Positions 18,801 through 27,273 of a DNA stretch of 64,000 bases are shown piece by piece. The stretch lies in the IMG/VR virus record IMGVR_UViG_3300012984_000011; one strand, 5' to 3'. Positions within the stretch are counted from its first letter, which is position 1. Each line of letters begins with the position of its first letter. The notes beneath the pieces were generated by a model. It was not told the origin of the DNA and ran no database searches. It saw only the letters and a program-made list of their open reading frames with translations. The DNA is from an uncultured virus (IMG/VR IMGVR_UViG_3300012984_000011). Taxonomy: Duplodnaviria > Heunggongvirae > Uroviricota > Caudoviricetes. The translations under genes were made by a program, and so were the position numbers.

Positions 18801-19476
18801 CTCGGCTGATGTGGGCAACAATGCTGAGGGAATGTACGAGATCCGCTACCCTGAATCAGTTGGGGGAGAGCTGGTGGCGACCGGCAAGCAATTCCCAGCC
18901 GAGATGTTGTCGGCCAAGGAAGAGAAGATGTTGGAGCTCCTCAAAGCCGAGCTGGCTGAGGGTCGAAACGCTATGGTGTTTGGCTGGCACACCAATTTGC
19001 TGCAACGAATCAGCCGCCTGATTGAGCAACATTTGGGCGTCAAGGCTCCCGTCCTGTACGCTGATGCGGTCCCTCCTGGCAAACGACAAGCATGGATCGA
19101 GAAACAGATTGTCAGCAAACAGGCTAGGGTGTTGGTCGCCAACCCCCAGGGGATCAGCACCGGTCTCAACGTTCTGACCTACTTCTCCACTGAGATTTGG
19201 ATGGAGAACCCCCAATGCAGTCCCCACATTTTCCGTCAGGCGGTTGGTCGGGTGGATCGTGTCGGTCAAAAGCTCGACACCAGGATCCATTTCCTTGTCT
19301 ACATGGATTCACTCCAACAACAGCTGTATGATCTGCTGATGCGCAAGGTAGAGGTGGCGGTCTCGACAGATGGTCTCGACAATGAGAGCATGCTGGCGGC
19401 TGCTGGTGTGGGGACTCAGCACTACAGCGGTATGTCGATCGGTCGCCAGCTCTGGGCGTTGATCAATGAGGAATGA
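15802..19476 (+). CDS. DUF6094-type adenine methyltransferase fused to an SF2/SNF2-like helicase (DarB-like architecture)
   Basis: GYFPTP, DPCAGEG, LNPPY; GEIGSGKT, DESH, TGS, QAVGRVDRVGQ. Confidence 0.85.
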   Translation: MRLEAIASGGYFPTPPHIISHIARLLDTADHAGYVLMDPCAGEGRAIADLARQAFAGSLSTLSVYTCELEKTRFQTLEQTIKDLRCHWRSPMATLQGDAFQIAFEKPVGDLLYLNPPYDLDPVHGRLEQRFLDRFQSALVVGGVLVFVVPFYALKASAKTLATQFTDLVCFRFPDEDFDAYKQVVLFGVKGETQLRSDPKLLRKVETWAESVELMPVLGEPTKVLFTPPQTGGYHVIDWRMRDFDRLGLMRKIRPWQQSARVGGLSAVPHIMPTLPLSELMFRTYQLATPPRPAHIAAGIASGLFNGRRVAPITQGLPDLLVKGVFDRDFVTVEEKTNKSGEVTSVTQVQQPKLVTTILDLKTKKYTTLTKLGKTSSLDVEQMSIEDLLEHYGPSLMQVMLQQCPVLYDPKRDADRVQLKPTARPLFSAQQHTAKALIMLLGGNQCKNRRFKNGKLLGEIGSGKTSVALAVSQTIAHRTLVICPPHLLASWRKETALNLPDAEVRVLADLQDLDDLSTVPADKQLIAIMSREAAKLGHGWASVEGSCPKCGAPLPKEDIVKKRLTCQHQGIVIKGRLGFEAEKLAVRLMSYSPDNHQVRTMLPSRHSQRILDQLQKVEPKPEWRFESEWVEALLPKVYSRLLKDPEDANLLKLFGRLMLADYNPERIARMVRQLAADSGESYALSDAARSLVMLLEQGSDLQLSFEQDDTFRNASWASLYSSTKQSWGYTCRLGKITWVDGKLQLDGLEPNSLTLAEAILRKLIVAGKVSSLPACEGRLYQAVPEPRRVALANHLAKYRPNFFDLLLLDESHEYSSDSSAQGMAAHRLTGLGIPSILMTGSAMNGYATSLYQNMWAVSPSFRQEFGRADKQRFVDRYGYRKRVLSDKDRETGEVVAFGAVSDRVQRNERTAGDAPGILPLFLFRHLLPIAVTLHKADLAIDIPPCRVEKHAVEASAELLGSYKDLLSALKQQIKKDQFQPDLSGKLFGQLSELPSYLDRSSADVGNNAEGMYEIRYPESVGGELVATGKQFPAEMLSAKEEKMLELLKAELAEGRNAMVFGWHTNLLQRISRLIEQHLGVKAPVLYADAVPPGKRQAWIEKQIVSKQARVLVANPQGISTGLNVLTYFSTEIWMENPQCSPHIFRQAVGRVDRVGQKLDTRIHFLVYMDSLQQQLYDLLMRKVEVAVSTDGLDNESMLAAAGVGTQHYSGMSIGRQLWALINEE

Positions 19477-19496
19477 CGGCGGTGTAGGGGTCAAGC

Positions 19497-19808
19497 ATGA
19501 TTCTCAGATTCTTCGAATCCCTAAAAGCCTGGGTAGTGGACCCGGAGGTGCCCACCAGGCTGTTGATCCAATCGAGCCATGTCACTGGTGGTGAGGGGTT
19601 GACTTTCGAGATGGTGGCTGAAGAATCCTCAGAAGTTCGTCTTTGGAATGTCTCAGTGACAGACCTTTCGCTGGACGAGTACTACATCTTGGTCGGACGT
19701 TCACTCGTAGCGGTCAAACTTTGGCCCCCATACGAAATCCGTCGACATTGGAGCTTAGGGATCAATCATGAGGTTTCGGTTGTGATGTCGGATTTCAAGC
19801 CACAATGA
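19497..19808 (+). CDS. hypothetical protein
   Basis: GGTGTA 19481-19486, 10 nt before the ATG. Confidence 0.65.
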   Translation: MILRFFESLKAWVVDPEVPTRLLIQSSHVTGGEGLTFEMVAEESSEVRLWNVSVTDLSLDEYYILVGRSLVAVKLWPPYEIRRHWSLGINHEVSVVMSDFKPQ

Positions 19809-20107
19809 GCTGGGCCACACCCTATATCCAGAAGCTTCAAGCAGGCGAGACCGTCAAGTTTCGCCCTCGGGGCAATTCGATGCAGCCCTTGATCCAATCA
19901 GGTCAGTTGGTAACGTTGTGTCCGGTCAACCGTGAGCTGGTGGTGGGAGACGTGGTGCTGTGCAAGGTTGCTGGCAAACAATGGCTCCACCTAGTGTCGG
20001 CCGTCGGAAGTGACGGCCGATATCAGATCAGCAACAACAAGGGTCACGTCAACGGTTGGTGCCGTGCCGACAACGTGTTCGGCCTTTTGGTGCAGGTGGA
20101 GGACTGA
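19805..20107 (+). CDS. S24/S26-like peptidase domain protein
   Basis: RGNSMQPLI..G...GDVVLCKV...HLV. Confidence 0.7.
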   Translation: MSWATPYIQKLQAGETVKFRPRGNSMQPLIQSGQLVTLCPVNRELVVGDVVLCKVAGKQWLHLVSAVGSDGRYQISNNKGHVNGWCRADNVFGLLVQVED

Positions 20108-20277
20108 TGGACAAATATGAGAGACTTAGAGCATTTCAGACCTTAGAAGAGATGTTCGATAGCCTACCTCCTCTAGCTCAAACGCTGTCCAAAATGGTGG
20201 ACCCTATGGGTTTGATCCATCCTGATGAGGAACCAACCACGCACTCTCCGTCCCCAACAGATGATCCGCAAAAGTAG
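20107..20277 (+). CDS. small hypothetical protein
   Basis: TGATG-coupled 56-aa ORF. Confidence 0.45.
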   Translation: MDKYERLRAFQTLEEMFDSLPPLAQTLSKMVDPMGLIHPDEEPTTHSPSPTDDPQK

Positions 20278-20929
20278 GTCTGACCAGTTCTGAGGCTGGT
20301 TCTGTAGGGGTAGCGGGCGTCGGCACAGACGTCAATGGTGGCGACACCTGAATAGGGATTGCATACGAATAATAGGTGACAGTCCGCTGGGATGTCGTCG
20401 CATCTCGATCTTGGCTATATAGCTGATCCAAGTTCCCTAATCGGTCCGCGTATGCCGCACGGATGTTTCCCCATTGGTTGACCCCATCCAGTTGGTTTGG
20501 CACGGTTCTAAAAAACTGCACGAAATCCATGATACGTACCCAATAGACCCCTGGCAGATCGTAGCTAGACTGCTGGAGCAAAGTTGAGGTGGCGTTGCTG
20601 CTAACCAGATCTAGCCAAATGGTCTCGGGATCGTATCTATCGGTTCGAAACATCCAGCCATTTCTGACATCGGTCACGAACTGGTGCGGACGGATGAAAC
20701 CATATCCTAGGAAGATACATTCATCTGTGAAGAGCTGATGCAGCGGGATCTTTAAAGGTTCAGTCTCTATATTGCTGGCCATCACCATGATGACTCGCTT
20801 CTTAGTTAGATGTACCACCTTCCTCAAGGTGCCTGACACCACCCACCAAGACCCCACCAGCCTCTTTGGGCTAGCTCGCAACTGTAGCTCTACCTGTTCG
20901 TCAATCGACAGGTTGGAACGGACCTTCAT
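20204..20929 (-). CDS. paralog-family protein with tag (RPTFADHLL)
   Basis: N-terminus PKRLVGSWWVV weakly similar to the next two genes. Confidence 0.7.
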   Translation of the reverse strand: MKVRSNLSIDEQVELQLRASPKRLVGSWWVVSGTLRKVVHLTKKRVIMVMASNIETEPLKIPLHQLFTDECIFLGYGFIRPHQFVTDVRNGWMFRTDRYDPETIWLDLVSSNATSTLLQQSSYDLPGVYWVRIMDFVQFFRTVPNQLDGVNQWGNIRAAYADRLGNLDQLYSQDRDATTSQRTVTYYSYAIPIQVSPPLTSVPTPATPTEPASELVRPTFADHLLGTESAWLVPHQDGSNP

Positions 20930-20939
20930 CCAGCTTCCC

Positions 20940-20955
20940 TACACCGAGCGGTGTA
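20940..20955. promoter_or_regulatory. divergent class-A pair TACACC-GAGC-GGTGTA
   Basis: serves ATGs at 20929 (-) and 20967 (+). Confidence 0.75.
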
Positions 20956-20966
20956 GATGTTGGTTC

Positions 20967-21572
20967 ATGCCCCTGAGTGAAGAGCAACGTCACCAATTCT
21001 TGAACACTCCTCAGACATTGGTCGATACCTATTGGGTGGTCAATGTGGGCGACGGCCTGAATACCGAATATGTCAAGATAGTGGACGTTAGAGAGCGTCG
21101 AGCTCATGTGGTGTTGACGGCTGTCCATTGGAATTTTCGTACTGAGCCTACTCATTGGTGGGTTGTAGTCGAATCGATCGTATGGGGTGGTGTCTATATA
21201 GGAACCCATCAGGAAGCAGGATGGGTTGTTTCAGGCGCTATGGTCACTACTATAGTAGCTACTGAGGATGAACTTCGACGAACCTGGCAGATCGAAGGTG
21301 TCCACGGAAATTCAGTATGGTTTAGAGACAAACCATCTGGTAGAGACTATTTGTTGGGCGCAAATTGTCGAACGCATCTATTTCTGACGACATATAGGCC
21401 GGCTACTAGAGAGGAACACCTCGCTTACCGAGAGCACCTAAACCAATTTTTGGCACGGCCCTTGCCCTCTCCAGATTCAGGACCAATCCCTCCAGAAAGC
21501 CTTGAACCATCATCACCCATCTCACGAATATCTGCATGGGATTTGCTGAAGGAACCCCATGCCACTGAATGA
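20967..21572 (+). CDS. paralog-family protein with tag (RISAWDLLKE)
   Basis: MPLSEEQ...PQTLVDTYW; start reassigned using the motif. Confidence 0.75.
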   Translation: MPLSEEQRHQFLNTPQTLVDTYWVVNVGDGLNTEYVKIVDVRERRAHVVLTAVHWNFRTEPTHWWVVVESIVWGGVYIGTHQEAGWVVSGAMVTTIVATEDELRRTWQIEGVHGNSVWFRDKPSGRDYLLGANCRTHLFLTTYRPATREEHLAYREHLNQFLARPLPSPDSGPIPPESLEPSSPISRISAWDLLKEPHATE

Positions 21573-22149
21573 ACGTCTTCAAGGCTTCTCGGATGACCCA
21601 CAAACGTTGGTGGATACGATTTGGGCCATGTTGAGGCAAAATCAGGCTGCATTTCTGTGGGATAATGTCCAGATATTGGATGTCCGAGAACGTGAGGTGC
21701 ATGTCATTCGTTACGAGGCACTGGAACCGCAGTCCCGTCATCCCCCCAATCATTGGTGGGAGCCAATTGAAGCTTTGTTGTATGGTGCCAAGTATTTGGG
21801 TACTTTTGAAGAAATGGCTTGGTTGAGACCTAGAATGCCTGTCGTGCGGAGGGTGCCGTCAGAAGACCCCTCCCTCAATGGCGTGTGGAGAATCAACTTT
21901 GTCGCAATCGGCAGTATCAGTCTAGAGTCCAGACAACGACAAGGCGTTGAGCAAATGTCGGTAGATCGACCGCCAATCTCTGAATTCTTGCAAACTTACC
22001 GCCGTGCCACTCCTGAAGAACTGTTGGAAGAACAACAGTTTGAAGTAGCGGTGGCAGATCAACCTGAAGTCGCACCTGAGGCACAAACAGAAACGCCCTC
22101 ACGGACATCCCTCTGGCAATTAATCGCTCCTGAGACTCCAATCCCATGA
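21559..22149 (+). CDS. paralog-family protein with tag (RTSLWQLI)
   Basis: MPLNE...PQTLVDTIW, clearly paralogous to 20967. Confidence 0.75.
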   Translation: MPLNERLQGFSDDPQTLVDTIWAMLRQNQAAFLWDNVQILDVREREVHVIRYEALEPQSRHPPNHWWEPIEALLYGAKYLGTFEEMAWLRPRMPVVRRVPSEDPSLNGVWRINFVAIGSISLESRQRQGVEQMSVDRPPISEFLQTYRRATPEELLEEQQFEVAVADQPEVAPEAQTETPSRTSLWQLIAPETPIP

Positions 22150-22370
22150 AGAACGATATGGAGGACCGACGTCGCCTACGTGGCCAGTACGCCCCCAAAC
22201 CAGGCGTGTGCCGCCTCTGTAGCGGAAAAGTGGTGGCCACGATAGGGATCCGGCATGGCCCGCTAGGTCCCAAATATGGAGGGCCCCCACAACAGCACCA
22301 CATCCTTGGCTGGCATTGTGAATCCTGCCAGTTGGTGTATCGACAACGCCCAGCGGACCTGGAGATCTGA
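22146..22370 (+). CDS. Zn-ribbon protein
   Basis: CRLC...CESC. Confidence 0.65.
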   Translation: MKNDMEDRRRLRGQYAPKPGVCRLCSGKVVATIGIRHGPLGPKYGGPPQQHHILGWHCESCQLVYRQRPADLEI

Positions 22371-22996
22371 TGAGTATTTTTACCGATCTGGATGAATTGG
22401 CCAAATTCCGTATGGAACGCTCAACCGAGCTTGAAGCTAGGTGCCGACCACAGGTGGAAGCGTTGCTGCAAGAAGTAGTGGTCAGGATGGGGGTCCCTCT
22501 TGAGAATGTGGAGGGAAACGGATTCCACATAGTCAATAATGGGTGTCAGATTAGGTTTCGGATAACGGTCCAAAATTCCTCTGATGAAAGGGAGGTGGGG
22601 GTGTTTCTGGGTGATGATGGTATGTGGCGTTATCAGTTCAGAGATGGGGGTAGGCTGTTCCAAAGGCCCGTCGATGACCCCTCATTATTGGTCCAGTACT
22701 TTGAAATGGCGTTGAGACGAAGGATCCGTAACCGTAACCCGATCCTCACACATGGCTGGACCGATCCGTCGCTCGCTGTTGAGGAGCGTCTTCGAGACGA
22801 CCTTATGCAGGCGTTTATCCAACATGTGGGCGGTAGCCCTATCCCTATGGATGACCACAGGAATGACTCTATGGCGACGGATGCTGACGACGAAGCATAC
22901 CCTGTTGCCCCCACTAGGGCGGTCGTACCGGCCGCTCCCTCGGCACCAATCGACCGTCCAACCCTCTGGCAACACCTAGGATCTGATCCGGTGTAA
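22370..22996 (+). CDS. hypothetical protein with tag (RPTLWQHLG)
   Basis: 208-aa ORF. Confidence 0.7.
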   Translation: MSIFTDLDELAKFRMERSTELEARCRPQVEALLQEVVVRMGVPLENVEGNGFHIVNNGCQIRFRITVQNSSDEREVGVFLGDDGMWRYQFRDGGRLFQRPVDDPSLLVQYFEMALRRRIRNRNPILTHGWTDPSLAVEERLRDDLMQAFIQHVGGSPIPMDDHRNDSMATDADDEAYPVAPTRAVVPAAPSAPIDRPTLWQHLGSDPV

Positions 22997-23004
22997 GGAT
23001 CCAG

Positions 23005-23730
23005 ATGGCATACGAAAAACTCAAACATGTGATCCGAACCCTCAACCCTGCCTCCTATGTGAGGGTTTTCGACGAAGTGGCGTTGGTCAAGCATCTGGAT
23101 GAGACCCTCAAGATGAGTAACAACCCCTTCAGGGTATTTTGCGAACACCCGTTGATGGCTTCAGTCTATCTTGGGGAGTTGACGACAGCCGAATATTTGA
23201 GGGAATCGGCAGAACTGGGCAAGAGAGGGGTCTACAAAGAATCTCTCTCTGAAGATCGTCAACATAACGTCCTTCGCACGGTTGAATTGTCTCAGGTGTT
23301 GGAGCGCTTTTTGACCAGAGATCTTGGTCAAGACGTGTGCTTTCTGGTCATCCCCAATGGCGATATGTTGCTTGCCGATCCGAAGATCCAACTGCTGACC
23401 AGCAAACTTCTGGACCTCAGGGACTGGAACGACAAACAGTGTTTCCAGATGATCTTCATCGGCTTGTCAGAGCTACCGCAGCTTCCCCCACGCCTGCGAG
23501 ATCGTATGGATGTGTTGGATGAACGCGACTCTCAGAAGGAAGATGCGGCCGCCTATCTAAAGCACATCACTGACCGATTCGAAGGAGATTCCTTCCTGCC
23601 AACCCATCTCCTGCAAGCCATCATCCCATACTTCAATGGGATGTCAAAGAGTCAAATTGACCGTTCATTGGCAGACTTTCTCATCACCAAAAGGTATCTG
23701 GAGAAAGAAGACAAGCCGGTCGATTTCTAG
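23005..23730 (+). CDS. hypothetical protein, possibly an inactive AAA-like domain
   Basis: MIFIG..LPQLPPRL...VLD reminiscent of the Ycf46 N-domain; no Walker A. Confidence 0.55.
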   Translation: MAYEKLKHVIRTLNPASYVRVFDEVALVKHLDETLKMSNNPFRVFCEHPLMASVYLGELTTAEYLRESAELGKRGVYKESLSEDRQHNVLRTVELSQVLERFLTRDLGQDVCFLVIPNGDMLLADPKIQLLTSKLLDLRDWNDKQCFQMIFIGLSELPQLPPRLRDRMDVLDERDSQKEDAAAYLKHITDRFEGDSFLPTHLLQAIIPYFNGMSKSQIDRSLADFLITKRYLEKEDKPVDF

Positions 23731-23854
23731 GTCCTGAGGTCCCGTCGGGTCCAATATGGGCTGTCATACCTGCCGTGAACGCTCTAAACCCCTTTTAGAC
23801 CCGTCAAGGACGTGAAGAGCGACCGAAAGGTCGAGCTGACTGGCTGATCAAGGA

Positions 23855-24217
23855 TTAGTCCCCATCCTTGATCAGCTGCCAGGCCGATCGACGCTCCACT
23901 GGTTCTAGCGGAGCGCTAGGAGTCAAGCCGTCGTAGGCCAGCATGACATAAGGACCCAGGCTTTCCAACAGCTCCCTGTAGCGGCCAAGGCGAGCCTTTA
24001 GATCTTCACTGACGCCTTCCAACGAATCCTCATGAGTGGTGGAAACCATCACAGTCGGGACGTTTGACAAAGGCCCCACACTGAGCTGAAGGCTTTTGAT
24101 ACAGGCCAACAGCTCATCGTTCACGTAAGCTCGGAAGAGGGGCGATTGAACCACCACATCAGCGTTATGTGCAGAAAGATTCGGCGGGTAGTCGATCTCA
24201 ATCGTCAGTTTGGGCAT
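23855..24217 (-). CDS. hypothetical protein with tag (RRSAWQLIKD)
   Basis: 120-aa ORF. Confidence 0.7.
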   Translation of the reverse strand: MPKLTIEIDYPPNLSAHNADVVVQSPLFRAYVNDELLACIKSLQLSVGPLSNVPTVMVSTTHEDSLEGVSEDLKARLGRYRELLESLGPYVMLAYDGLTPSAPLEPVERRSAWQLIKDGD

Positions 24218-24845
24218 CGGGCGGCCTCGCTTCCAAATCGTTCAATAGCCAGCCTCGGCTGACCAATTCTCTGTCGCAAGCTTGCTTGCAGGCCTCCAAC
24301 GTCTCGAATTTGGGATATTCGAGGCCCGTCAGATGGTCACGGCTAGGCCCCCTGAAGAGGCCGTCCTCTTCCACGATACAGGCCGCCTGAGCACATCCGT
24401 ATTCCTCGACGTCCCACCTGACCCACATCCCCTGTCGGTCCACCGTCCAGGCGTAACAGATTAGGCGGGGGATGGTTCGGATGGCTCCTGCTAGTTCGAT
24501 AGGGCTCAGACTATCCCAATCAAGCGATGGCGGCGGAGACGGGGTGGAAGATCCGTCCTCTGAGTCGATCAGCTGCCATCCAATTTCTATCCATTCAGCA
24601 TCCCAATGGGCCTGCGCTTCATTGAGAGACTCGAACCTTAGGCCATCCTTGTCCCAATAGGACCTAAATAATCCACCGTCCTTGATGATGAGTGGCGGGC
24701 GCTGACCTTCTTCAGCATACTCCCAAACCGAGGCTCTGGTCCATCCCTCTTCTCGCACGATCCAGCTGTATAGCATCATGCGAGGCAACGTTCTCAGGGC
24801 GTGAGTCAGCTCGGTGACCGAAAGTTCAGACCATTTGATCGTCAT
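24198..24845 (-). CDS. hypothetical protein with two tandem ~100-aa domains
   Basis: WSELSVTELTHALRTLPR... / WDSLSPIELAGAIRTIPR... Confidence 0.7.
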   Translation of the reverse strand: MTIKWSELSVTELTHALRTLPRMMLYSWIVREEGWTRASVWEYAEEGQRPPLIIKDGGLFRSYWDKDGLRFESLNEAQAHWDAEWIEIGWQLIDSEDGSSTPSPPPSLDWDSLSPIELAGAIRTIPRLICYAWTVDRQGMWVRWDVEEYGCAQAACIVEEDGLFRGPSRDHLTGLEYPKFETLEACKQACDRELVSRGWLLNDLEARPPDAQTDD

Positions 24846-26200
24846 GGGAGACGGATCATAACAGCCGATTGGACCTTTTTCAACTCCGCCACATGCATCG
24901 AATGGACGAACTCTGGTACCAACCAAAGGACGTATTCTGGGTTCATTCCGAGAGCGATCTTCCCCGGTACTGGTTTGGGGTCATCCCTTCGGGTGACGAC
25001 AAACCACTTGTGTGAACCCTCCATGTCTCGGAATCCTTCAGTATTGATCCAGCATTTGCCAGTAATGCCAGGCTGAAGCTTGATTCGGTTAACGTAACAG
25101 TGAGGCTTTGGATTTGTGACAGCCTGAATGTGTAGGATGTTGTCCAAGCTGCGTTGAGAGATCGGCTTCCCACCCTCAATCTGGATCTGGCCGCCCAGAT
25201 GGACCATCCGTCCTTTTTCGTCATGGTGGTTGACCGAGCAGAAAATCAGGTGATTGCCACGGATCCCCACCATAGGCCATTTGGTGAAGATAGGGGCGTA
25301 ATCCCGCCAATCGTAAAATTCCCCATTCTCGTCCTGCTGACGATCTAACTCGATCGGACCGTTGACCAAGAGGTCCAAAAGCTTGGTTTGACCTAGAAAG
25401 ACGTCGTATTCGTCGGGAGCTAACACCTGCCCCTTCTTTTTGACGATACTGACAGATGATATGTTGTCGCAGGCTTTGGCTAGAGATGCTTGATAATCCG
25501 GCTGCTGATCAATGGCCAGCAGCGTATACTCAACAGGAGCTGAATCGATGATGGGCATTTCCTCAACCGGTAATGGGCCATCATCGATCGGTTCGATGAC
25601 CAGATGAGAATCTTTAGGGTCAGGCAACGCCAGGCTCAACTGCTCTGTCGGTTGGACCGCCTTCCGCTGATAGTTGATCCGAACTCGGCTCCCATAGTGC
25701 CGATTGATCGGTTCGAACGCCTCTTTGAACCTCGACATGTAGACACTATGATCGGGCTTCTTACCTACATAGATCGTGTACTGTTCCGCCCAACTAGCTA
25801 GCAGCTTGTGGACACGTGTCAGATTGAGCTCATCAGGGGGCTGTCCGTACCACTCAAAGAAGCTCGCCAGAGTATCTAGGAACCACTCACTCCCACAAGA
25901 AGGGGCTTTGGATTTGGGCGTCGGAGGGTCATCGCCTGCCACCAAACCCAGCAAGATCCCTGTGCTGGCTTCCTTTTGGAGCTCGTTGAATAGCAACCAA
26001 TCGGGCCTTTCCAGCATCGTATCCCGAACCAATTTCTTGATCCGTAGCTTGGCCACGCCTTTGAGGGACGCCTTCTGAAAAGCACGCTCCAAACTGCTCA
26101 CCATCCAAGGATGGATCGAATAGGTTGGGTTTGCTAGCTGGTAGGCTTCCAGCAGGGAAACGAAGGTCAATTGAGCGTATTGGGAGACGTTATGAGTCAT
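24842..26200 (-). CDS. hypothetical protein
   Basis: 452-aa ORF, GGTGTA 10 nt upstream. Confidence 0.75.
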   Translation of the reverse strand: MTHNVSQYAQLTFVSLLEAYQLANPTYSIHPWMVSSLERAFQKASLKGVAKLRIKKLVRDTMLERPDWLLFNELQKEASTGILLGLVAGDDPPTPKSKAPSCGSEWFLDTLASFFEWYGQPPDELNLTRVHKLLASWAEQYTIYVGKKPDHSVYMSRFKEAFEPINRHYGSRVRINYQRKAVQPTEQLSLALPDPKDSHLVIEPIDDGPLPVEEMPIIDSAPVEYTLLAIDQQPDYQASLAKACDNISSVSIVKKKGQVLAPDEYDVFLGQTKLLDLLVNGPIELDRQQDENGEFYDWRDYAPIFTKWPMVGIRGNHLIFCSVNHHDEKGRMVHLGGQIQIEGGKPISQRSLDNILHIQAVTNPKPHCYVNRIKLQPGITGKCWINTEGFRDMEGSHKWFVVTRRDDPKPVPGKIALGMNPEYVLWLVPEFVHSMHVAELKKVQSAVMIRLP

Positions 26201-26218
26201 CTCCCCTAATTACACCAA

Positions 26219-27250
26219 TCACCTGGGGGGAGGCTCTGGAACAACCGTCCCGCAATTGACAAACGACAGGTTCGAATCGATGCGGAAAGTCGACTGATTG
26301 GTGTGTCGTTCGGCGTGGAACAGATCTAGGTTGTACACCTTACCTGTCTCGATCCTCAGCTGAGGGGCCGCAGCATCCAGCTGGATGGTGGCCGCTTGAG
26401 CATGATGCAGACCGCCCAGGTCGACCGCAAGCTTCTGGTTGATGAAGATCCACACATCGTCATCCCCTTTGAACTGGAACACCTCGCCCCCTTGGTAGAG
26501 GAACTGGGTGTGGATCTCAGTCGTGAAGCCGAAGTTGTGCTGCTTCTGATCATCCGCCAAAGCCGAGTCTTTGAACCCAGCCCCATCAAGGGGATAGTAG
26601 AACAAGCTCTCGAAGGTGAACAGTCCGGACGGTTGAGGGGCCAGCCAAATCTGTACCAAGTAGGAATGGTTGGCCCCCTCCGCACCTCGGTACCATTGGT
26701 CAAAGTTGGCCTTGCTGGTCGTCTGAGGACCATTTTGGCAAGCAGGCATCGCCCCTACCTCACAGATGCCCGTATAGACCGGCTTCTGGTCATCGCCCAG
26801 GTTGGGTTGCACCAAACCATTGGAGACCGTCCTGCCGGCAAAGACCTCGAAGTCGGGATGATTGGCGGGACGATCGGAACGGAAGTCTCTCGATACCCCT
26901 GTGATCACATTGGCACAGTCGTCATCTGGAACTGAAGCGGCACCTGCTTGTCCTGTCTCAAGCGACCCTCCTAGCCGATACCCACCCACATTGGCCTGCA
27001 CGAACCCATCAGGCAACTCTGTGATGATCTCGATCGGCTTGGTGCCTCCATCTTGCCCAGCCTGTCCACCCTCTGGGGGGAGGTTGAGCATCAATCCCGC
27101 CTGAGGCAGCGTCCACAATCCTGCTGTGCCGGCGGTCATGCCCAGTGTGCCGCCCTGACCGCCCACACCATTGGGGGGTGTGACCAGGCTAGGGTCAGCT
27201 GTGCTGCATGACAGCACAGCTAGAATCAGTCCGCAGAGTATTCGCTTCAT
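26219..27250 (-). CDS. fibro-slime (PA14-related) domain lipoprotein
   Basis: lipobox LAVLSC; RDF..HPDFE; HNFGFTTEIHTQFLYQGGEVFQFKGDDDVWIFIN..LAVDLGGLH; FHAERHT. Confidence 0.9.
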   Translation of the reverse strand: MKRILCGLILAVLSCSTADPSLVTPPNGVGGQGGTLGMTAGTAGLWTLPQAGLMLNLPPEGGQAGQDGGTKPIEIITELPDGFVQANVGGYRLGGSLETGQAGAASVPDDDCANVITGVSRDFRSDRPANHPDFEVFAGRTVSNGLVQPNLGDDQKPVYTGICEVGAMPACQNGPQTTSKANFDQWYRGAEGANHSYLVQIWLAPQPSGLFTFESLFYYPLDGAGFKDSALADDQKQHNFGFTTEIHTQFLYQGGEVFQFKGDDDVWIFINQKLAVDLGGLHHAQAATIQLDAAAPQLRIETGKVYNLDLFHAERHTNQSTFRIDSNLSFVNCGTVVPEPPPR

Positions 27251-27273
27251 GACTCTGCAGAAGCACAAATAGG

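Noticed and set aside
15818..19494. Many overlapping or antisense ORFs in the track (e.g. 17290-17820, 18395-19021; also 26396-26935, 58083-58700)
   Set aside because: They lie within well-supported genes on another frame or strand and lack motifs or start signals; treated as shadow ORFs.
23731..23854. Possible ribozyme or ncRNA in a convergent intergenic gap (CGACC-GAAA-GGTCG hairpin)
   Set aside because: Only one short hairpin and no hammerhead CUGANGA core; more likely a weak terminator.
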